The notes: generated by a model not told the origin, from the sequence alone. A stretch of DNA of 64,000 bases from Methanotrichaceae archaeon (GCA_963754945.1 CAVWIG010000017.1:64001-128000); one strand, 5' to 3'; numbered from the stretch's first letter, positions 52,659 through 62,850 are shown. Translations and numbers: made by a program.

Positions 52659-54431
52659 ATGATTGCAAAAGACCCAATCTGCGGGATGCCGGTGGATGCC
52701 CAAACTGCGAAGTTCAAGGCTGAGATCAGGGGCGGTGAATATTATTTCTGCAGCGAAGGCCACATGCGCAGCTTTCTTGAAGCCTCCAGGATCGCCTACT
52801 TCTCCATGGAGATAGGCATAAAGAGCGATATACCGACTTACAGCGGCGGGCTTGGCGTGCTGGCAGGCGACTCGGTGCGTTCCTGCGCGGATCTAAGGAT
52901 TCCCCTCGTAGCAGTAACCCTCGTCAGCAGGAAAGGCTATCTGAGGCAGCAGATAACCGAATGGGGCGATCAGCTAGAACATCCCGACGAGTGGGAGCCA
53001 TCCAAGTTCATGAGGCTGCTTCCTGATACAGTAAAGGTGTGGATCGACGGCAGAGATGTAAAGATAAAATCCTGGCTCTACGACCTTCAGAGTCCGACGG
53101 GTGGGCTGGTTCCTGTGCTTTTCCTGGATACGGATGTCCCAGAGAACGATCCCGAAGATAGAGAGATCACCAGCTTCCTCTATGGAGGCGATGAGAGGTA
53201 CAGGCTGAAACAGGAGATGGTCCTGGGAATCGGCGGCATGAGGATGCTCGAAGCACTGAGCCTCAAGATCAGCAAGTACCACATGAACGAGGGACATTCG
53301 GGCCTCTTGACTCTGGAGCTGCTGAAGAAGAACGACATGAACGCTGACAAGACAAGGGATCTATGTATCTTCACGACCCATACACCAGTCGAAGCGGCCT
53401 TTGATAAGTTCTCTTACGATGATGCTCAAGCCTTCTTAGGAGATGAATTCCCACTGGAAGAGCTGAAAAAGTACGCTGGATCGGATAGGCTAAACATGAC
53501 CCTTCTCGCCTTGAACCTGAGCAAGTACGTGAACGGAGTAACCAAAGCTCACATGGAGTATTCCAAAAATCTCTTCCCAGGTTATCATTTAAGCGCTATA
53601 ACCAACGGCGTTCACCCTTACACCTGGACTTGCCAGCCTTTCAGGGATCTCTTTGACAAGCACATCCCTGGATGGGCAAACGAGCCCGAGCTGCTGGTCA
53701 GGGTCGATGAGATTCCCCACCAGAAAATCTGGGATGCTCATATTAAAGCCAAGAAATTGCTGATCGATTACATCAACGAGAACACCGAAGCGGGCATGGA
53801 TATTAATGCTCTCACGTTGGGTTTCGCACGGAGGGCTGCGTCCTACAAGCGTGCAACGCTGATCTTCTCGGATCTGAACAGGCTGAGGGACATAAACAGG
53901 AGTGGAAAGTTACAGCTCATCTTCGCGGGAAAGGCACATCCGAGAGACGAGGCAGGTAAGCGCATTATCAAAGAGATATACAACTACAGCTCTCAGTTGA
54001 GAGGAGATCTTAACATAATCTACCTCGAAAATTACAATATGAAACAGGCGGGCAGGCTCACCTCTGGCGTCGATCTATGGCTGAACACGCCGCTACCGCC
54101 TAACGAAGCATCGGGAACGAGCGGCATGAAAGCGGCCTACAACGGCGTAATAAATTTCAGCGTCCTAGACGGCTGGTGGATCGAGGGCTGCATCGAGGGC
54201 ATCACTGGATGGGCGATAGGCCCGAAGCCGAGAGAACTTATGGTAGAAAGAGAAAAAAGGGCTCGCGAGCTGAAAGATCTGTACAATAAACTGGAATATC
54301 TGGTAGTTCCAATGTTCTACGATAACAGAGATGCCTGGACGAACATGATGAGGAACTCTATAGGAAAGATTGCCTATTACTTCCACAGTCACAGGATGAT
54401 GCGAAGATACGCTACGGAGGCTTATCTGTAG
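52659..54431 (+). CDS. glgP: Alpha-glucan (glycogen/maltodextrin) phosphorylase with N-terminal YHS domain
   Basis: DPICGM..YYFCSEGH then AYFSME, YSGGLGVLAGD, HMNEGH, FTTHTP, ITNGVH, AGKAHP, EASGTSGMK. Confidence 0.92.
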   Translation: MIAKDPICGMPVDAQTAKFKAEIRGGEYYFCSEGHMRSFLEASRIAYFSMEIGIKSDIPTYSGGLGVLAGDSVRSCADLRIPLVAVTLVSRKGYLRQQITEWGDQLEHPDEWEPSKFMRLLPDTVKVWIDGRDVKIKSWLYDLQSPTGGLVPVLFLDTDVPENDPEDREITSFLYGGDERYRLKQEMVLGIGGMRMLEALSLKISKYHMNEGHSGLLTLELLKKNDMNADKTRDLCIFTTHTPVEAAFDKFSYDDAQAFLGDEFPLEELKKYAGSDRLNMTLLALNLSKYVNGVTKAHMEYSKNLFPGYHLSAITNGVHPYTWTCQPFRDLFDKHIPGWANEPELLVRVDEIPHQKIWDAHIKAKKLLIDYINENTEAGMDINALTLGFARRAASYKRATLIFSDLNRLRDINRSGKLQLIFAGKAHPRDEAGKRIIKEIYNYSSQLRGDLNIIYLENYNMKQAGRLTSGVDLWLNTPLPPNEASGTSGMKAAYNGVINFSVLDGWWIEGCIEGITGWAIGPKPRELMVEREKRARELKDLYNKLEYLVVPMFYDNRDAWTNMMRNSIGKIAYYFHSHRMMRRYATEAYL

Positions 54432-54581
54432 GGCTGAAACTCCTGGATGCCTCTGAGATGAACCCTATATGTTTAATCCCTTAGTACGATACAAATTTAT
54501 TCTCAGTTCGATACAAATTAAGCTACTAAAGGGCTTCAAGTTTCGAGGCAGCTTAATATAATTCTGGATATTGGTGATAAA

Positions 54582-54725
54582 ATGCGGGTTATAGATCCTA
54601 TTTGCAAGATGGAGATGGAAGATAAGTGGGCAGGCTTCAAAAGCGAGTACAAAGGGAAAACTTACTACTTCTGCAGCCTTGATCATAAAAAGATGTTCGA
54701 TGAGAACCCGGAAAAGTACCTCTAG
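54582..54725 (+). CDS. Stand-alone YHS domain protein 2 (47 aa)
   Basis: MRVIDPICKMEMEDKWAGFKSEYKGKTYYFCSLDHKKMFDENPEKYL; GGTGA RBS. Confidence 0.9.
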   Translation: MRVIDPICKMEMEDKWAGFKSEYKGKTYYFCSLDHKKMFDENPEKYL

Positions 54726-54764
54726 CGATTGAAATGAAGTAAGAATGGCAGTAAGGAATGGGAA

Positions 54765-55130
54765 ATGAGAGGACGTAATTCAGCAATCATTGCTATAGCA
54801 TTAATCTCAATCATAAGCTTATCCGGATGCATCAATCAGGAAAAGCTTCCGCCGAACACAGTTGAGATCAAGAACTATAACTACAGTCACTATGCCTTCA
54901 CTCCGGAGACGATCACAGTGCCTGCAGGTACGGAAGTAACTTGGATAAACCGCGATTCAGGTAACCATACCGTTACAAGTGACCTTATATTAACAAGTAC
55001 AAAGGAGATGTTCGACTCTGGAATCATAAGGCCAGGTGAAAACTACAGCCACGCTTTCAATGATCCTGGATATTACAGTTACCACTGCAAGGTTCATACA
55101 TACATGAAGGGCTATGTAATTGTGAAATAG
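54765..55130 (+). CDS. Cupredoxin (plastocyanin/amicyanin-like) lipoprotein
   Basis: Lipobox LSGC; VTWIN.D..NHTV; YHCKVHTYMKG type-1 copper ligands. Confidence 0.9.
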   Translation: MRGRNSAIIAIALISIISLSGCINQEKLPPNTVEIKNYNYSHYAFTPETITVPAGTEVTWINRDSGNHTVTSDLILTSTKEMFDSGIIRPGENYSHAFNDPGYYSYHCKVHTYMKGYVIVK

Positions 55131-55323
55131 GCTCTGATTCTTCGAGCTAAATATTTGGACTAAGCGCCTTATATTTTTAAAACTGGAAAAAGTGAGCCTG
55201 GTTTCATAATAGTACGAAGATATCTGAAATGGAATTTTTTAAAATTGAGCAATTGCCTCTCCGCAATCCATGATTATAAATAGTTTAAGAAGTCAACTAT
55301 ATCAGAAAGTAGGAGAGATTCCG

Positions 55324-55578
55324 ATGAGCTTGAAGTTGGATGTAAAAGCATTTACCATAGCCAGTGGTATTGTAACGGGGCTAGCCAATCTCGTAGTGTC
55401 TCTGTTTGCCGTAGCTACCGGTCAGGGATTGCAGTACTTTGAAATACTCGCGCCCTTCCACCCAGGGTATACACCAACAGTAGCGGGTGCCGTGATAGGC
55501 TCCATCTGGATGCTCATCTACGGCGCGATAATTGGAGCACTTCTGGCTTATATCTATAACTACTTTGTGAAGGAGTAG
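55324..55578 (+). CDS. Small two-TM membrane protein
   Basis: Hydrophobic helices, HPGY.PT, AYIYN. Confidence 0.7.
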   Translation: MSLKLDVKAFTIASGIVTGLANLVVSLFAVATGQGLQYFEILAPFHPGYTPTVAGAVIGSIWMLIYGAIIGALLAYIYNYFVKE

Positions 55579-55864
55579 CTGCCTTCAGCAGGATGAATAA
55601 GCGATGGAGACACGGTCACTATTTTTTCACTTCAATAGCCGGATCTGACTAAGCTCTTGATAATTTTTTCCCTACAATCAGAAGAACGAGAATATTGGGT
55701 GCAACATGTAGAAATGGCCAATGAGGCCTTATCAGCTATCGAACAATATTGCCACAAGGATAAGCTATTTAGGCAAAGATGGGTAGAACAATTACCCTGT
55801 TTATTTTAGATTGAGTACCCCCGTAGCTTGTTTCGGGGTGCCTATTTGACTTATTGGTGATAGA

Positions 55865-56014
55865 ATGACGATGAAAGATCCTGTCTGCAAAATGGAGCTG
55901 GATGAGAAGGAAGCGAAGTTCAAGGCCGAATACCAGGGAAAAACTTACTACTTCTGCAACCTCTCCGATAAGAAGAAGTTTGAAGCGAATCCGAAGAAAT
56001 ACCTGGAGTCCTGA
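55865..56014 (+). CDS. Stand-alone YHS domain protein 3 (49 aa)
   Basis: MTMKDPVCKMELDEKEAKFKAEYQGKTYYFCNLSDKKKFEANPKKYLES; GGTGA RBS. Confidence 0.9.
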   Translation: MTMKDPVCKMELDEKEAKFKAEYQGKTYYFCNLSDKKKFEANPKKYLES

Positions 56015-56026
56015 TTGGGAGCCAAA

Positions 56027-56986
56027 ATGAAGATAGTTGTAGCAGACCCGATCTTCCTTCCTAATGATTATAGAGCCAGGTTGAGAGCCCTTGGCGAGCT
56101 TGAGGTCTACGACAGCGTGCCCTCTTCACTGGATGAGTTCATGGGAAGGATAAAGGATGCAGAGATAGTCGTAGTGGGAAGATATGGTGTTTCTGCCGAA
56201 GCATTCCGAAATGCACCTAGGCTAAAGTTGATATCCCTTTGGCAGACCGGCTACGACAACGTCGATCTGAAAGCCGCAAATGAACATGGTGTGATCGTAT
56301 CCAACGTTCCCAACTACGCCTTCGACTCCGTAGCAGAATTCACCTTCGCCCTTGCCCTCAATCTGCTCAGAAAAGTCCACATAGCTGATATGAACTTACG
56401 CAAGGGCAAGTTCAATTGGAAAGACTACATCGGCAATGAGCTTATGAGCAAGACTCTGGGAGTGCTCGGAACAGGCAATATAGGAAAAAGGGTAATACAG
56501 ATCGCTCAGGGGTTCAACATGAATGTGCTCTCAACTTCTGCTCACCCTAGCCCAGAGAAGGCAAAGAAGCTGGGGGCAAAGTTCGTTGACCTCGACACCC
56601 TGCTTTCAGAGAGCGATATTGTGACTTTGCATCTCCCGCTCACGCCAGAGACCGAGCACATGATAGGTGCCTTACAACTGGCCAAGATGAAACCAACTTC
56701 AATCCTGATAAACACTGCAAGAGGTAAAATAATTGATGAAGAGGCCCTTGTGGAAGCGCTCAGGGAGAAGAAGATTGCGGGAGCTGGCCTGGATGTCTTC
56801 GAGAAGGAGCCGCTACCTTTGGACAGTCCTCTTCTGGAGCTGGACAACGTTGTTCTTACGCCGCATATAGCCTTCCTGTCCGAGGAATCTATAGACGAAT
56901 GCACCTACGTGTGCGTAGAGAACATCGAGATGTTCGCAACAGGCCAGCCTCAGAATGTTGTTAACCCCCGCGGGCTAGCGGCATAA
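56027..56986 (+). CDS. D-isomer-specific 2-hydroxyacid dehydrogenase
   Basis: GYDNVD, GTGNIG, LHLPL, INTARG, DVFEKEP, TPHIA. Confidence 0.93.
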   Translation: MKIVVADPIFLPNDYRARLRALGELEVYDSVPSSLDEFMGRIKDAEIVVVGRYGVSAEAFRNAPRLKLISLWQTGYDNVDLKAANEHGVIVSNVPNYAFDSVAEFTFALALNLLRKVHIADMNLRKGKFNWKDYIGNELMSKTLGVLGTGNIGKRVIQIAQGFNMNVLSTSAHPSPEKAKKLGAKFVDLDTLLSESDIVTLHLPLTPETEHMIGALQLAKMKPTSILINTARGKIIDEEALVEALREKKIAGAGLDVFEKEPLPLDSPLLELDNVVLTPHIAFLSEESIDECTYVCVENIEMFATGQPQNVVNPRGLAA

Positions 56987-57002
56987 TTATGGTTGGGCGA
57001 TA

Positions 57003-57224
57003 ATGTCTAGGCGATCTCTCTTTGCAGTCAATGCGACCATGGCCATTTTTTTCCTAGCGCAGGTGGCTACAGGCATAAGACTTTGGCTTATCGATCTCAT
57101 AGGATGGAAGCAGTCCAATATATGGATGAACGTTCATCTTATCACAGGCTTCGGCTTACTTGTGCTCATCGCAATACACCTTTACATAAACCGGGAATGG
57201 ATTAAGGCGCAGTTCTCAAGATAA
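57003..57224 (+). CDS. Small membrane protein (DUF4405-like)
   Basis: TG, H...G....IHLYINREWI pattern. Confidence 0.7.
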   Translation: MSRRSLFAVNATMAIFFLAQVATGIRLWLIDLIGWKQSNIWMNVHLITGFGLLVLIAIHLYINREWIKAQFSR

Positions 57225-57295
57225 AGGCCCATGCATAAAAGAAAAAAAACCTAGCCGGAGTCGACTTCGACCTCACCTAGCCGCTTCCAAGAATC

Positions 57296-58793
57296 TTATG
57301 CCTGCTGAATGCTGTTTGCTGCACCCGAGCCAGCTATCTTTATCTCCAGGACATCCCTGAAGGTCTTAGATGCGCCTGATGCAGATGCGACTATGGTTAT
57401 CCTGTAAACTCCAGAAGCAACTCTGGCCTTCCAGGTTCCAGCGTACTCATCTCCTGAGACCTGCTGCATACTCACTTTGGCAACCTCCTCGCCCTTGGAG
57501 TCCTCAATGACTGCCTCGCTCTTGAAGGTCTCAACCGCAGTTTTGCCTATGGAGCCCAGCTTTACACCTCCTTCTTTCGTGCTCGTTAGACTGCCACCAG
57601 TGTAGATAGTGATGGGTTCGCACGTTGCACATCCCTTGGTCGTGAGTTTGATCTCCTTAGACGTTGCTGAAAGCCTTGAATTCGTAGAGTTGTTTGCTGG
57701 AGTTGCATCTGTGGGTCTCACAGAAGATTCATTCGATCTGCCCTCTCCAAAGATTGCGACAATCTTGATGGGAGTGCCGGATGCCGCAGGATTCGGTTCT
57801 GCATGCACTTCTTTTATGCCTAGGTTAAGAGTGGGCTGGCTCTCCAGCCAGTTCTGCCAGGAGTAAAGCCGAGCGTCATAGCCGGTAAGAGTCAGCCCGT
57901 ACCAGACCAGCGATGCCTTCACACCAGTGTTGGTGAAGACCACTACAGGCTTATCCCTGCTCAATCCAGAGAATAGCTCCTTGAGGGCCGATTCGTTCTT
58001 GATCTTTTCATTATCAAGAATCTCATCGAAAGGTATGTTAATAGCGCGTGGTATAGAGCCTGCACTGTAGTCCGATGCTGCCCTAGCGTCCACTATCTGC
58101 GCGCCGCTGTTCTTCACATAGTCAAAGGTTGCGAACAGGTTTGCCTTGAGCTGAGGAATGTAGATCGTTCGGGATCGCACTTCAGATTTATTTTAAAACG
58201 CAATACCCCGCAGCTTGCTGCGGCTGGGATAAAGAGCATGTAACTCCAACTTAAGGATGCTTCAGATTTCGTAGAGCATTTTTATGCGTCGGCGGGAACA
58301 TGCCCCGCTGCTTGCAGCGGGGTCCGCCGACGCAACGTTGACTTGAGGTCGGCTTTCCCAAAGCAACCCAATCTTTTATGCCTCCATCTAACACCTTTAC
58401 CTTTTCGTGACCAAGGTACTTCAGAATCCAGTATACGTAAGTAGAGGTCGAAGGTCCTCCGCCACAAGGCATGCACTCACCATAGATCACAACAGAATCG
58501 TCTCTGGAGATTCCGGTATCACCAAGTATCTGCGCTATCTCTGAAACCGGTTTCATTACTCCCCCATCGTTTACAAATTTAGTGTATGGGATGCCGATTG
58601 CTCCTTGGATGTAGCTCGTAGCATTGGGGGACACATCCACCAGGACGTCTGTTCCGGAGATATTCGAAGGCGAGGCAAGCATCGATGAGATGCTTCCGGC
58701 TTCCATACCCATTGCGCCTGCGGTTAGCGCGGCCAAAAGAAAAAGTGCTGCAAAGATACAACTTAAGGCTAAATTAGATCTGACGTTTCTCAT
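57296..58793 (-). pseudogene. Secreted tandem rhodanese (sulfurtransferase-like) protein split by a 151-bp MITE
   Basis: Signal peptide; YIQGAI, VVIYG, VKVLDGG; VDAR..Y..GSIP.A; removing 58192-58342 restores one 448-aa ORF. Confidence 0.85.
58192..58342. mobile_element. 151-bp non-autonomous hairpin element (IS200/IS605-type ends)
   Basis: Subterminal hairpins CCGCAGC-TT-GCTGCGG and CCCCGCTGC-TT-GCAGCGGGG; no target duplication or terminal inverted repeat; second copy at 13375-13497. Confidence 0.82.
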
Positions 58794-59152
58794 GATTTCA
58801 CCTATTTAACAAGATTGAACTATGTGCTTCGCAAACTGTCGATGATGAATTCGCATAGCTTGCTCGGGGGTTCCCAAATCCTCTTAAGAGGGCTTCCATA
58901 TTATTATCAATCGCCGTAGTAACACTTGTTATTGAAGCGGACATTAATCGATCGACATATAAACCTATTGAAAGGAAGAACGTTGAGAAGTTTGTTCAGC
59001 AAAAAGAAATCGGTTTCTGGCTCCCGCATACTAAAAGTAAGAGCTTGCGCCATCTCAACATTAGAGGCTAATTTATTTTGCCTTTTAATTGATGGCCTTA
59101 AGCGCTGATATTGTCCTTAAGGACCTGGTTACATCCGAATAGATACTCGACA

Positions 59153-61049
59153 TCATCTCTTCGCCACCCGCAGACCATTCATCACAGCTAGTATCTCAGA
59201 GGTCTCGTGGAAGAAGACCGCAGCAGCAACGCTCAAAATTCCGATGAGCGCAGATGGGATCATCACAGCCAGGACGAGCAACGAGAAAGCAATATTCTGG
59301 CTGCTAATCTTCCTAGCCTTCTTGCCGATATTTATTGCAAACGAAATTTTCGCTAGGTCATCAGCCATAAGCGCGACATCCGCTGCCTCAATAGCGGCGT
59401 CCGTGCCCGCAGCTCCCATAGCAATTCCCACAGTAGCCTGGGCCAGAGCAGGCGCATCATTTATTCCATCTCCCACCATGGCAACAGCGCCATATTTCTG
59501 CTCTAGCTCCTTCACAGCTTGGGTCTTTTCATCAGGCTTGAGGTTTGCCCTGATCTCATTCACACCTAACTCCTGTGAGATTGCCTTGGCTACTAAATCG
59601 CTATCACCAGTTAGCATTACCACCTTGAGCCCCATTCTATTGAGCTCCTCTATGACCTCTTTTGCCTTGGGCCTTATCTCATCTCTTATACCGATGATAC
59701 CCTCGATGCCTTCAGAGGTTCCCACGAGGATCGTGGTCTTTCCCTCGCGTCTCAGCCGCTCAATCTCGGTACCCTCGGGAATGCTCAATCCCAGCCCTGC
59801 GAAAAACTCGGGTTTGCCTGCATAAACGGTCTTACCTTCTATATTGCCGCTGACACCCGAACCTATGAGGCACGCGAAGTTTTCCACTGCCAGGGGTTCG
59901 AGTTTCATCTCCGTGGACCTTTCAACAATCGCCTGGGCCAGGGGATGCTCCGAAAGATGCTCAACGCTATAGGCCCGCCGCAGAACATCGGTCTCTCCTC
60001 CCTTCAGTGCCAGGATATCGGTAACTACTGGCTTGCCCCTGGTAAGGGTTCCCGTTTTGTCGAAGGCTACTGCCTTGATCTTGCCTAAATTCTCAAGGTG
60101 AACTCCGCCCTTAATGAGTACGCCTTTCTTTCCGGCCATTCCGATTCCTGCTGCTATGGCCACGGGAGTCGACATTACCAGAGCACAGGGCGCCGCTGCA
60201 ACCAGGAGGACGACGGCTCTTCTACCCCACTCGGATATACCGCCATCGAAGAAGAGAGAGGCTGCGACCAAGAGAGCCGCACTCAGGAGGACCAGCGGAG
60301 AATACCTATCGCCGAAACGCTCGATGAAAAGCTGAGCCTTGCCCTTCTCTTCGTGGGCCTCCTCAACCAGACGAATTATCTTTGATAAGGTGTTATCTTC
60401 GAAGGCCGTAGCGGCTCTGATTTCCAGAGCGCCTTCTCTGTTGATGGTGCCTGCAAAGACTCTCATGCCCTCGTTCTTCTCGACCGGAATGGATTCCCCT
60501 GTAACTGGAGCTTCATCAATACTGGATTTTCCTCTTTCGATTACTCCATCTGTTGGAACGGCTTCACCAGGCCTGACAACGAACAGATCTCCCACTTTAA
60601 GGTCTTTCACAGGTACAGTTACTTCTTTTCCATCGATGAGAATCCTGGCCTCCTTTGGGGCAAGGTCGAGAAGTTCCCTTATGGAGCCCCTGGTCCTGGC
60701 ATAGGTATATTCCTCCAATCCCTCTGCAGCGCTGTAAAGGAAAACCAGGAATGCTGCTTCATCCCAAATGCCCAGCAGCACCGAGCCAATAGCGGCTGCC
60801 ATCATGAGGATCTCAATTCCGACCCTCTTCTCCTCAAGAAACTCCTCGATGCCCTCTCTGGACCAGTGATAACCGCCTAGCAGGATGGCAACAATGAATA
60901 CCGCGTTCTCGGAATACGCCGTGATTAATCCCAGGTGCGCTAACCCAAATGCGGATACTGATACTGTTAGCAAACCGGAGATCAAGGCATTGCGCATTAT
61001 AAGGGTACTCGTACCATTTCCCATCAGAGATATCTTCCACTTCGCTCAT
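59153..61049 (-). CDS. Heavy-metal P1B ATPase (P1B-4-like, Zn/Cd/Co); likely +1 frameshift at about 61001 near the start
   Basis: VTGES, APCAL, DKTGT, SEHP, GDGIND, HETSE; upstream ATG 61049 with GGAG gives MSEVEDISDGKWYEYP. Confidence 0.88.
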
Positions 61050-61106
61050 TCTTGCTCTCCTTTGCATTCTAAAAGTCAATCATTTTATAATATTCAACCT
61101 TATATT

Positions 61107-61478
61107 TCAACTTTCATTGATGTGTTTTAACCCTTCATGGAAAAGCGCAACCACATGTTCATCATCGAGGCTATAGTATGCGATTTTACCTTCTTTACGA
61201 AGCTTGACTATGCGTCTATCCTTAAGAATTCTTAACTGGTGGGATATTGCCGAGTTTTCCATGCCAAGCACGAAAGATAGATCGCAGACGCACATTTCCC
61301 CGGATAACAGAGTATTTATTATTCTTAGCCGGGTAGGATCGCCCATCGTCTTAAATATCTCAGATAAGCGCTGCACTGCCTTATCGCCGAGCTCTCTCGT
61401 TTTTGCCTTTTTTACTAGCTCTGGATGTATGCAATAGACTTCACAATTTTCGTCTATACTGGTATTATGCATGACCAT
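61107..61478 (-). CDS. ArsR/SmtB (CadC/ZiaR-like) metal-sensing repressor
   Basis: CEVYC, DPTRLRI, EMCVCD, SAISHQLRIL, DDEHV..H..E. Confidence 0.92.
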   Translation of the reverse strand: MVMHNTSIDENCEVYCIHPELVKKAKTRELGDKAVQRLSEIFKTMGDPTRLRIINTLLSGEMCVCDLSFVLGMENSAISHQLRILKDRRIVKLRKEGKIAYYSLDDEHVVALFHEGLKHINES

Positions 61479-61500
61479 CTCCTATCCATATTAGCGAACA

Positions 61501-61518
61501 TATGAACATGTGTTCATA
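61501..61518. promoter_or_regulatory. SmtB/ArsR-type operator palindrome
   Basis: TATGAACA-TG-TGTTCATA perfect 8-2-8 inverted repeat just upstream of the repressor gene. Confidence 0.8.
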
Positions 61519-61607
61519 CGTGCAACAATGTAGTGGTATTTAAAGATTTAGATTAAGGATTAAGGCGGCTTTGCAAAATAGTAGTTCGAAGAGGAATAAA
61601 AATTTAG

Positions 61608-62375
61608 TTAGATAATGCGGAATTCAGGTGAAGGTCCACCTGTTTCTGAGGCCTCCCGTTTAACTGCATTTTGCCAGCCTTTCATGAAGGTCTCCCAATC
61701 CTGGTAGTGATCCCTTAGGACGGTGCAAATATCCTCCATCATCCCGAAGGGTATTCCAACCACTACGCTGTCATCATCAAGGCCGGAATACCACGAAGAT
61801 CCATCACACCCTAGAGATACGTTCAACTCGCCCTTCAGGTAGGGAGAAACGGTGGCATCCATGCAGAACGACTGAGCCCCTGTCGTGCTGAAGGTGGACT
61901 TGACTCCCGATTTGTAAATCATTGCCTGGGTTATCCTGCGAGCCTGGATGGGAGTGCCCACAAATATCACTACGTCAGGATTGACAACCATCTTGTCCAG
62001 AGGTGCAACATAGGTCGCGACTATGCTACTTTCATCGTGAAGGAGAATGCTTTCATAGATGCTGGCGCCCGTCTCTCTGCTCTCGCATTTCATGAGTTTG
62101 TCGAAGTACAGAGATCCAGAGGATACATCCTCCGGACAGTTTACTAGGCCAAGACTTGATGCCCCGAGCTTGCATTCATGGTAATCCGCATGGGCGAGAA
62201 AGCTGTCGCCGTGCAGCCTCGCAGTCTGGATCATCTGGCAGTACATGAAAGGTCTCTCCAGGGATTCCAGATCCTTGGGGATGTCCTCCTCACGCTTGAA
62301 CAGGGCCACGCCCACAATGTTATCCTCTATTCCCAGGGCGGTCTTCATTATATCCGACATCTCTTCAAGATTCAT
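61608..62375 (-). CDS. DUF169 domain protein
   Basis: YCQM, C.LG...LG, PDVVI, QSFC.D, SLGCDG. Confidence 0.85.
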   Translation of the reverse strand: MNLEEMSDIMKTALGIEDNIVGVALFKREEDIPKDLESLERPFMYCQMIQTARLHGDSFLAHADYHECKLGASSLGLVNCPEDVSSGSLYFDKLMKCESRETGASIYESILLHDESSIVATYVAPLDKMVVNPDVVIFVGTPIQARRITQAMIYKSGVKSTFSTTGAQSFCMDATVSPYLKGELNVSLGCDGSSWYSGLDDDSVVVGIPFGMMEDICTVLRDHYQDWETFMKGWQNAVKREASETGGPSPEFRII

Positions 62376-62499
62376 CGCAAAACCTCCTGAAGAATTACGT
62401 CGAGATGGCATTTCTTCCTTTCGTTTACTGTCTCGAAGTTTAGGAAAATTTAATAACAATAGTTACCATAGATATTCTAGATTTAATGGAGGTTAGTAT

Positions 62500-62850
62500 A
62501 TGAATAAAGCAGAGTGCAATCTTTCCTTGGATGAGCTTCTGGAATTTGAGGGCGTAAGGGAAGCGGGGATATTCAGCCCTGAGGGAAAGCTTGTAGAGTA
62601 TAAATCCAAAGTTGGTATGCCAAAAGAGATGGCCCAGATGACCGCCAAGTTCTGCGGGGCTGTAAACACAATGTTCGATGCCCTGGCTAGCGCCTACACA
62701 GATCTCTACAAGATGAACTGGGTACCTCAGCACAACTGGATATACAGCGGAGGCGACTGGACTGTTATAATCTCTGGCAATAGGGGCGTCTTCGTTGAAA
62801 CCTCCGAGGCCGATTTAGAGAAGCTCCTTAAAGCCCTGGGTGTGTGTTAA
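62500..62850 (+). CDS. DUF2173 (roadblock-like) family protein
   Basis: GV..AG.FS..GKL, AKFC..V, W.P..WIYSGG. Confidence 0.8.
   Translation: MNKAECNLSLDELLEFEGVREAGIFSPEGKLVEYKSKVGMPKEMAQMTAKFCGAVNTMFDALASAYTDLYKMNWVPQHNWIYSGGDWTVIISGNRGVFVETSEADLEKLLKALGVC

Noticed and set aside
55324-55578. Holin-like small membrane protein suggesting a provirus
   Set aside because: No viral genes nearby; context is the metal island
59244-59825. 193-aa antisense ORF and similar shadow ORFs over mutS, uvrA, copB and cysE
   Set aside because: Opposite-strand shadows of well-supported genes with no motifs
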